The notes beneath the pieces are model-generated. The model was not told the DNA's origin and ran no database searches. It was given only the letters and a program-made list of their open reading frames with translations. 63,660 nt of DNA from Gammaproteobacteria bacterium (lineage in GTDB: Bacteria; Pseudomonadota; Gammaproteobacteria; Eutrophobiales; Eutrophobiaceae), in the NCBI GenBank assembly GCA_021773245.1, contig JAJFKK010000088.1:1-63660 (forward strand), given 5' to 3'. This document shows positions 57,521 through 63,660 of the stretch, one piece after another. Every line of letters starts with the position of its first letter. Position 1 is the first letter of the stretch. A program made the position numbers and the translations under genes.

Positions 57521-59254
57521 TTAATCGAATCCTTGTACTTGATCAGGTTGATAACTATTAGCCATAATCGGACTTGTAATCGCTGGCAAATCATCGGGTG
57601 GAATATTTAAAATTCGAAATGCACCTTCCATAACTCTGGAAAAAACAGGTGCGGCAACAACACCACCATAATGATCTTCGCCTCTTGGTTCATCAATTAA
57701 TACGACCATCGCAAACCGAGGCTGACTGGCAGGAGCAATACCTGCGAAGACGGAAAGGTACCGATCATCAGAATAACCACCGCGAATATATTTATAAACG
57801 GTGCCAGTTTTTCCTATAACTCGATAACCTCTAATTGCTGCACGTTTACCCGTACCCTCAGCAGAGACAACTGTTTCCATCATTTTTCTGACTTGTCTAG
57901 TAATGCTTTCCTCTAAAACGCGTTTACCTGAAACAGCACCATCAACTTTAAGAAAAGAAATTGGCAACATGACGCCACCGTTAGCTAAAACAGTGTAAGC
58001 GTGTGCAAGTTGTAATGGTGTAACGGACAAGCCATAACCAAACGCCATCGTTGCCATTTCGACATCAGACCAGGTGTTTGCTGGATTCAAAGTCCCGGAA
58101 GATTCACCAGGAAATGCACTCCCTGTAAGTTGTCCAAATCCGAATTTAGCTAAGGCCTCTCTGAACTGCTCTGGTTCGAGAGACAAGGCTATTTTGCTTG
58201 CGCCTACATTGCTTGATTTAGTGATAACCGTAGAAACATCAATGTTTCCATAATTACGCATATCCCGAATCGTATGATCACCAACTTTAAAATATCCTGG
58301 TGACGTATTTATCGGGGTATGCGGTTTGTAAGCTCCTGACGCCAATCCAGCGGCAACTGTAAAAGGCTTCATTGTTGAACCCGGTTCAAAAACATCAGTG
58401 ACCGCACGATTGCGATAAAACTGACTTTTTAGAGTTTCACGATTGTTTGGGTTATAAGAAGGTTGACCAACCATAGCCATCACTTCTCCAGTTCTAACAT
58501 CAAGCATAACCAGAGAACCACTTTTCGCTCGATGATACTTAACGGCTGCTGCCAATTCGCGATAAGCTAAATACTGCACGCGTCGATCAATACTTAACTT
58601 CAGTTCTTTTCCTTGCTCAGAAGGCTCGATACTTTCAATGTTTTTAATAACTCTATTCAATCGATCTTTCAGTACGCGTTTCTTACCATTTTTTCCGCTT
58701 AACCAATTGTCATAAGCTAATTCCAAACCTTCTTGGCCTTGATCATCTATATTAGTAAAACCAAGAATATGTGATGTTACTTCTGCCGCAGGATAATAAC
58801 GCTTGTATTCACGTTGTGTTGAGACACCTCGTATTTCCAAAGCTTTAACTTGCTTAACAAGATCAGGGTTTGCATGCCGCTTTAAATAAATAAAATTACG
58901 GTTCATTCGTGCGCGTAAAGTTTCATGAAGCTCTTTCACCGTCATGTCCATAACTTTTGCCAATTCAGGAAAGCGTTCTACGTCTTCAAAAATTTTTCTC
59001 GGTGTTACCCAAATCGAATCAACTGGTGTACTCATTGCTAATTGCTCACCGTTACGATCAACAATCACGCCACGATGAGATGGAATATCTACTACTCGAA
59101 TTGAACGAGCATCTCCGTGTTCTTTTAAGAAATCATTATTTAAAAGCTGTAAATAAACAGCGCGCGAACAAAGTACCGCCAAGCCACACAGGAAGAAACT
59201 TAACACCAACCAACGGCGTACGGGATATTGTGCTTGTACAGCGCGTAATTTCAT
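57521..59254 (-). CDS. ftsI: Peptidoglycan D,D-transpeptidase FtsI (PBP3)
   Basis: 577 aa with an N-terminal TM helix. Transpeptidase motifs are STMKP (SxxK), SSN and KTGT. Confidence 0.97.
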   Translation of the reverse strand: MKLRAVQAQYPVRRWLVLSFFLCGLAVLCSRAVYLQLLNNDFLKEHGDARSIRVVDIPSHRGVIVDRNGEQLAMSTPVDSIWVTPRKIFEDVERFPELAKVMDMTVKELHETLRARMNRNFIYLKRHANPDLVKQVKALEIRGVSTQREYKRYYPAAEVTSHILGFTNIDDQGQEGLELAYDNWLSGKNGKKRVLKDRLNRVIKNIESIEPSEQGKELKLSIDRRVQYLAYRELAAAVKYHRAKSGSLVMLDVRTGEVMAMVGQPSYNPNNRETLKSQFYRNRAVTDVFEPGSTMKPFTVAAGLASGAYKPHTPINTSPGYFKVGDHTIRDMRNYGNIDVSTVITKSSNVGASKIALSLEPEQFREALAKFGFGQLTGSAFPGESSGTLNPANTWSDVEMATMAFGYGLSVTPLQLAHAYTVLANGGVMLPISFLKVDGAVSGKRVLEESITRQVRKMMETVVSAEGTGKRAAIRGYRVIGKTGTVYKYIRGGYSDDRYLSVFAGIAPASQPRFAMVVLIDEPRGEDHYGGVVAAPVFSRVMEGAFRILNIPPDDLPAITSPIMANSYQPDQVQGFD

Positions 59255-59514
59255 TTCGCTAACAACACCACTGAGCTACGTTCCGGCATTTTCATATCCA
59301 ATTTGGTTCGAGCAAATGATTCAATTCTGTCATTAATTGCCCATGTACTTTGTTCAAGTTGTAATCGCCCCCACTCTTCATTTAATTGATCGCCTTCTCG
59401 TTCCAACGCTTGTAATTCAACAAACAAGCGACGTGTTTCATGACGAGCAATGACAACCTGTAACGCTGATAAAAATATAACGATGTAAAGACCATAATTA
59501 AGTAACACTTTCAT
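59251..59514 (-). CDS. ftsL: Cell division protein FtsL
   Basis: 87 aa. Single TM helix followed by a leucine-zipper-like coiled coil. It sits between rsmH and ftsI and overlaps ftsI by 4 nt. Confidence 0.88.
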   Translation of the reverse strand: MKVLLNYGLYIVIFLSALQVVIARHETRRLFVELQALEREGDQLNEEWGRLQLEQSTWAINDRIESFARTKLDMKMPERSSVVLLAK

Positions 59515-59515
59515 C

Positions 59516-60457
59516 TCAACAACGCTCCGCTACACGTAATACAGCACTACGTGCTCGAGGATTTTCTTCAATTTCCTTTTCAGTAGCGCGAATTTTGTTA
59601 GTCACTTTTTTTATCTTCACATCACTTTCATCCGGCATAATGGGTAATTCAGGCGGATACTCTTTTGGTGAAGATTGATCACGAATAAAACGTTTAACAA
59701 TTCGATCTTCCAATGAATGAAAACTAATTGCGGCAAGACGTCCTCCCGGACAGAGTGCATCAACCGTTTGCGGTAACACATCTTTGATATCATCAAGTTC
59801 ACGATTAATAAAAATACGTAAAGCCTGAAATGTTTTCGTTGCCGGATGTATTTCTTTTCCCTTGCCTCGACTTCTTTTAAATGGAACAGCTTTTCGAACA
59901 AGTTCTGCTAACTGTGTTGTAGTTTCTATTGGAGATTCAGCTCGAGCATTAACAATAGTTTTAGCTACTCGTCTGGATGCGCGTTCCTCACCATATTCAT
60001 AAATAACATTGGCAATCTCAGTTTCATCTGCTTTGCTTAGCCATTCAGCAACACTCAAACCTTCTTCAGGATTCATGCGCATATCTAGTGGAGCATCAAA
60101 ACGAAAACTAAAACCTCGTTCGGCATCATCAAGCTGAGGAGAAGACACGCCAAAATCAAAAAAGACACCCGCTACCTTAGCGTGAAGTTCATGTTGTTTA
60201 ACATACTGCGCTAACATCGTGAATGAACCTTTGATAATTTCGAAACGATCATCTTGAACAAAGTCTGTTTTAGCTGACTTAACGGCATCGGGATCTTTAT
60301 CAAAAGCAAGTAATCGACCTTGCGGGCCAAGTCGTTTAAGGATTTCACGACTATGTCCACCTCGGCCAAACGTACCATCAATGTAATATCCATCTGCACG
60401 TAGTTTGAGTGCCTCAATAACCTCGTCCAATAAGACTGGTTTATGTCCATAGCTCAA
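59516..60457 (-). CDS. rsmH: 16S rRNA (cytosine1402-N4)-methyltransferase RsmH
   Basis: 313 aa. HKPVLLDEV N-terminus, DGTFGRGGHS and DFGVSSPQLD motifs are present. Confidence 0.97.
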   Translation of the reverse strand: MSYGHKPVLLDEVIEALKLRADGYYIDGTFGRGGHSREILKRLGPQGRLLAFDKDPDAVKSAKTDFVQDDRFEIIKGSFTMLAQYVKQHELHAKVAGVFFDFGVSSPQLDDAERGFSFRFDAPLDMRMNPEEGLSVAEWLSKADETEIANVIYEYGEERASRRVAKTIVNARAESPIETTTQLAELVRKAVPFKRSRGKGKEIHPATKTFQALRIFINRELDDIKDVLPQTVDALCPGGRLAAISFHSLEDRIVKRFIRDQSSPKEYPPELPIMPDESDVKIKKVTNKIRATEKEIEENPRARSAVLRVAERC

Positions 60458-60476
60458 TGTGTTGATTCACCAACCG

Positions 60477-60935
60477 TTACAATGACAACGATTGCAATGA
60501 TTCCGGTGTGGGAACCGAATCATCACCGACTGTCTCCAGCCATTCATCACGCTGAGCCTCCCAAGCCTTTTCATTCCAGATTTCAAATTTATTACCTTGT
60601 CCGAGAATGACAGCCTGCTTTGTGAGGTCAGAATAAGAACGCAGTTCCTTGGGGATAAGGATGCGTCCCTGGCTATCAAGCTGACAATCGGTGGCATAAC
60701 CACGCATCATCTGCTTAGTTCGTCGGCTTTGTTTATCGAAATCAGAAAGAGAAGCTAATTTATCTTCAATCACATCCCATTCTGGCAGGGGATATAGCCA
60801 GAGAGAGCGATCTAGTGGGTTTAAGGTAATAACAAGACTGTTTTCGGCTTGCACAGAAATAAGATCACGGTAGCGGGAGGGAACCGCTAAACGCCCCTTA
60901 TTATCAATACTGATTTTATTAAAGCCTCGAAACAC
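60477..60935 (-). CDS. mraZ: Transcriptional regulator MraZ
   Basis: The duplicated SpoVT/AbrB-like halves contain DNKGRLAVPSRYR and DSQGRILIPKELR. I place the start at GTG 60935 (VFRGFNKISID...), preceded by AGGGGA at 7 nt. This matches the canonical MFRG N-terminus. The track ORF start (60977) would run through the operator repeats. Confidence 0.9.
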   Translation of the reverse strand: MFRGFNKISIDNKGRLAVPSRYRDLISVQAENSLVITLNPLDRSLWLYPLPEWDVIEDKLASLSDFDKQSRRTKQMMRGYATDCQLDSQGRILIPKELRSYSDLTKQAVILGQGNKFEIWNEKAWEAQRDEWLETVGDDSVPTPESLQSLSL

Positions 60936-60962
60936 AATGTTATCCCCTTGATGTTGGTAAAA

Positions 60963-60987
60963 TCCACTTTTACCCACAATTCCCCAC
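60963..60987 (-). promoter_or_regulatory. MraZ operator: three direct GTGGG/GTGGA repeats at 10-bp phasing
   Basis: The minus strand reads GTGGG-gaatt-GTGGG-taaaa-GTGGA (plus-strand CCCAC at 60983-60987 and 60973-60977, TCCAC at 60963-60967). It has the same repeat unit and spacing as the E. coli mraZ operator. Confidence 0.75.
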
Positions 60988-60994
60988 TTCGTGA

Positions 60995-61024
60995 ATCATA
61001 GGGATTTCGAGGCTTTACTGTCAA
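60995..61024 (-). promoter_or_regulatory. Pmra-like sigma-70 promoter of the dcw cluster
   Basis: On the minus strand, TTGACA (61024-61019) is followed by an 18-nt spacer and TATGAT (61000-60995). The GTGGG repeats begin 7 nt downstream. Confidence 0.6.
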
Positions 61025-61232
61025 GGCTTCTTTGTATTTTTTTTAATGAAATATGTCTTTTTTTACAATAACTTAGCTCACAAAAGTTGATTTAATCTGT
61101 CATATATTGACTACATGTCAGAAGAAGGCTATTTAATTCATTATCTTTGATAATTAACCTAATAAATTACTTTAAGTATATTAATAAAGTGGAAAAGAAA
61201 GTGCTTTTTTCCAAAAAAATTCAGCAATTTCC

Positions 61233-61598
61233 TCATTCTTCCCCAAAATTAGCGCCCATCTGGTTTGCGAGCTGAAAATAGCGCTGACTCACCGCCATAT
61301 CAATATCAATACCTTCCATGCCATTTTGATACAAAACACCTAAGTTATAGGCAGCAATAGCATCTCCCATATCAACCGCTTTTTCTAACAATTCCACAGC
61401 TTTATCTGCATCAACATCTACACCTGCACCTCTTTGATAAGCAACCCCCAATAAGCCAATTGCTTCAGCAACACCTTCGTCAGCAAGTGGTTTCAAGAGA
61501 AGTAAGGCCTTACCATATTCGCCATCCGAAAAAGCCTGGCTAACTACTTCTATTGCATCTTGTACGCTTTTTATTTCTTCTAAATCTTTGGCTTCCAT
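61233..61598 (-). CDS. Sel1-like repeat (SLR/TPR-type) protein
   Basis: 121 aa. It has two to three Sel1-type repeats (AIGLLGVAYQRGAGVDVDADKAVELLEKA and AAYNLGVLYQNGMEGIDIDMAVSQRYFQLA). Confidence 0.8.
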   Translation of the reverse strand: MEAKDLEEIKSVQDAIEVVSQAFSDGEYGKALLLLKPLADEGVAEAIGLLGVAYQRGAGVDVDADKAVELLEKAVDMGDAIAAYNLGVLYQNGMEGIDIDMAVSQRYFQLANQMGANFGEE

Positions 61599-61600
61599 AA

Positions 61601-62041
61601 CTAGGCATTAATCACATATTTCAGAGTTTCGACAACTTGCTCAGGTGTTTGCGCCCAAGCCATCGCCGCCCCATCCACTTCTTTCAACGGATGAATAATC
61701 GATTCATCGTGGAGCGTGATATAAGGTTTACCTAACGCAGCACAACATCCCGCATCAAATGCTGCATTCCATTGTTTGTATTTATCACCAAATCGTACGA
61801 TGGCAATATCGCATTTTTCGATTAAATTTTTAGTGCGAATACTATTCACCTTGGATGACTTATGATCGCGCCAAAAATTATTTTCATCTTTACCTAAATG
61901 ATCACCCGCCGCATCACTAGCATCATGATCAGTTACGGCTGAAGTGTAAGTAATGGGAAGGCCTAATGCCTCCGTGCCACTTTTTATCTGTTCTCGCCAA
62001 TCGGTATGTATTTCGCCCGATAAATAAATCGTCCAACTCAT
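61601..62041 (-). CDS. YtoQ family protein (nucleoside 2-deoxyribosyltransferase-like fold)
   Basis: 146 aa. The N-terminus WTIYLSGEIHTDWREQIK and the body resemble the Bacillus YtoQ family. It lies 2 nt upstream of the Sel1 gene. Confidence 0.7.
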   Translation of the reverse strand: MSWTIYLSGEIHTDWREQIKSGTEALGLPITYTSAVTDHDASDAAGDHLGKDENNFWRDHKSSKVNSIRTKNLIEKCDIAIVRFGDKYKQWNAAFDAGCCAALGKPYITLHDESIIHPLKEVDGAAMAWAQTPEQVVETLKYVINA

Positions 62042-62229
62042 GCTCTGCCCTCTTTAAAATAATCTTTCGAATTAGAATAGTGGTTTAAGGTTTAAAACGA
62101 TACAGGTTTTTAATAACTATCATCTTTATTCATTTTTCTGACCTATTTCTGTCATAATATATTCAAATAAAAAGTTTTAGCTCGTAACAGATTTTTCTAT
62201 AACACTCGGTCACATAGGATTATTTTATT

Positions 62230-63549
62230 GTGAATATAGAGACTATAAAGTCCAGTCTAAATCAAGTTGTTATCAATATAGTTGAATGGTCAACTAGTCC
62301 TGAATTTTATGCGCAATGTGGACTAATACTGCTCGCCATTATTACAGCATTTACTGTTACTTATATTTTAAAAAAATATTTTCCAATACTCAAAGATAGT
62401 CCTCAGCAGGGATATTTTTATTTTTTAAGAAAAAAGATTTATCAAGCAAGTTATTTTCTATTCCCTTTGCTCAATATCATTGCGTTGGGTGTTGCGGTAG
62501 AAGCCAGTGAGCTAATTGTACAACAAACCTGGTTAGTACGTATTGCGCAAAGTCTAGCTGTCGTCTTTATGTTGTACTCTATCATCACGCGTTTTATTCC
62601 AAATGAATTTATAAAAAGTCTGGTTAAGTGGATCGCAATTCCAATTGCTGTACTACAGGTTTTTGGATGGTTGGATGAAGTTAGTGCTTATCTTGATACG
62701 ATTGATATGCAAATCGGCAACATACGTATTTCAGCTTATGCGCTAGCTCGCGTTATTGTTGTTGGCCTTGTTCTTTTTTGGTTAGGACGTGTTACTAACA
62801 ATACCGGACAACAAGTTATTCGCAATATTGATAGCTTGGAAGTGGGCACACGCGAAGTTTTTGCAAAATTGTTTCAAGTTGTTCTGGTCGTAGTTATCTT
62901 TATTTTGTTACTGCAGTCGATGGGAATTAATCTTACTGCACTTGCTGTCTTCGGTGGCGCATTAGGTGTCGGACTTGGTTTTGGTTTACAAGCTATCGCC
63001 TCAAATTTTATCTCCGGTATTATCATACTTTTGGATCGTTCTATTACCGTAGGTGATTACATTGAACTTGAAGATGGCCAAACCGGTATCATTCGTGAAC
63101 TCAAAATGCGTTCGACCACACTGGAAACATATGATGGTAAAGACATCATGGTTCCAAACGAACGTTTTATTACAACCAATTTTATAAACTGGACACATAA
63201 AAATAAAAAGCAACGTTACTCAATAGAATTTCAAGTCGCTTATAGTACGGATCTACAAGCCTTATTTGATTTATTAAGAGAAGTCGTTGCCAGTCACCCA
63301 CAAGTTTTAAGTGGTTCTGAATTCCCAATTGAAGAAAGACCCGATGCAGAGATTGCTGGCTTTGGTGAACACGGTGTCGACATCCTCATAGAGTTCTGGA
63401 TGGAAGGAATAGACGATGGTAAGAATCGTGTTGGTGCTGATCTATTATTAATGATCTGGAATGCGTTTAAGGAACATAATATCGAGATCCCATTCCCACA
63501 ACGCGAAGTAAGAATACTAAATCCATCATCTGGTCAGGATATTAAATAA
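62230..63549 (+). CDS. Mechanosensitive ion channel family protein (MscS-like)
   Basis: 439 aa with a GTG start and multiple TM helices. The pore-helix region is FGGALGVGLGFGLQAIASNFISGIIILLDRSITVGDYIEL, followed by a beta-domain. Confidence 0.9.
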   Translation: MNIETIKSSLNQVVINIVEWSTSPEFYAQCGLILLAIITAFTVTYILKKYFPILKDSPQQGYFYFLRKKIYQASYFLFPLLNIIALGVAVEASELIVQQTWLVRIAQSLAVVFMLYSIITRFIPNEFIKSLVKWIAIPIAVLQVFGWLDEVSAYLDTIDMQIGNIRISAYALARVIVVGLVLFWLGRVTNNTGQQVIRNIDSLEVGTREVFAKLFQVVLVVVIFILLLQSMGINLTALAVFGGALGVGLGFGLQAIASNFISGIIILLDRSITVGDYIELEDGQTGIIRELKMRSTTLETYDGKDIMVPNERFITTNFINWTHKNKKQRYSIEFQVAYSTDLQALFDLLREVVASHPQVLSGSEFPIEERPDAEIAGFGEHGVDILIEFWMEGIDDGKNRVGADLLLMIWNAFKEHNIEIPFPQREVRILNPSSGQDIK

Positions 63550-63552
63550 AAA

Positions 63553-63660
63553 AAGAGTCGGCCGATAAGCCGGGTTCTGTCGTGGACAATCATTCATCTG
63601 GGATGCATATCACTATGCACCTCAAGCAACCTACCCGGAAACAGTGCGGGCCGCACCATC
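63553..63660 (-). ncRNA. rnpB: RNase P RNA (type A), 3' portion; gene continues beyond the window edge
   Basis: The reverse complement reads ...CCGGGUAGGUUGCUUGAG...AGAUGAAUGAUUGUCCACGACAGAACCCGGCUUAUCGGCCGACUC. This is almost identical to the 3' end of E. coli M1 RNA (AGAUGAAUGACUGUCCACGACAGAACCCGGCUUAUCGGUCAG). The exact 3' end is uncertain by a few nt. Confidence 0.88.

Noticed and set aside
57274-57594. 106-aa ORF from the track spanning the ftsI 3' end and the ftsI-murE spacer
   Set aside because: Its first 25 codons lie inside ftsI in another frame. Only the 81-codon portion starting at ATG 57519 is worth considering, and even that is doubtful because it is translated across a long inverted repeat.
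60467-60703. 78-aa alternative-frame ORF inside mraZ
   Set aside because: The MraZ frame carries both conserved (D/N)xxGR(L/I)x(V/I)P motifs. The alternative frame has no support.
1-63660. Search for CRISPR arrays, IS elements/transposases, integrases, tRNA/rRNA genes, toxin-antitoxin pairs or known defence-system genes
   Set aside because: No ORF shows DDE/serine/tyrosine recombinase, Cas or defence-type motifs. I saw no regularly spaced direct repeats and no tRNA-like cloverleaf candidates by eye. The only non-coding RNA gene I can support is the partial rnpB.

Overview
A 63.7-kb chromosomal segment from a low-G+C gammaproteobacterium. The species cannot be named from sequence alone. Gene order follows the Pseudomonas-type core layout. 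About 85% of the window is housekeeping. It holds a complete dcw cell-division and cell-wall cluster on the minus strand (mraZ-rsmH-ftsL-ftsI-murE-murF-mraY-murD-ftsW-murG-murC-murB-ddl-ftsQ-ftsA-ftsZ-lpxC), followed by a DUF721/DciA-like gene, an M23 peptidase, secA, argJ and a Nudix-ThiE-like fusion. Other core blocks are yacG-zapD-coaE-pilD-pilC-pilB, clpB, gdh, pgeF-rluD-bamD, nadE, sucCD, suhB/trmJ, purM, and a DUF2066-like gene with perM and hda. The 3' part of rnpB (RNase P RNA) sits at the right edge. The type IV pilus regulon is split. pilBCD lies at 30-34 kb. pilS-pilR and two tandem, diverged pilin genes lie at 15-19 kb, and the first pilin has a textbook sigma-54 promoter. The clearly accessory part is a five-gene minus-strand operon at 9.1-14.7 kb, wedged between suhB and the pilin locus. 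It encodes a soluble VTC/triphosphate-tunnel (polyphosphate-polymerase-like) protein, a DUF4956 membrane protein, an AT-rich orphan with an N-terminal signal and C-terminal anchor, a 910-aa membrane-anchored CotH kinase-fold protein fused to a right-handed beta-helix, and a small anchored helical protein. I consider this the best candidate for an undescribed system. My hypothesis is a split bacterial VTC-like polyphosphate synthase/translocase feeding an extracytoplasmic CotH phosphotransferase. Other non-routine signals are a 243-bp structured spacer between ftsI and murE that is also exactly filled by an 81-codon ORF, phased TTACGTAA palindromes upstream of secA, and a GTGGG x3 MraZ operator that relocates the mraZ start. 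There is also a GT2 plus methyltransferase pair downstream of trmJ. I saw no CRISPR array, IS element, integrase, tRNA or rRNA.
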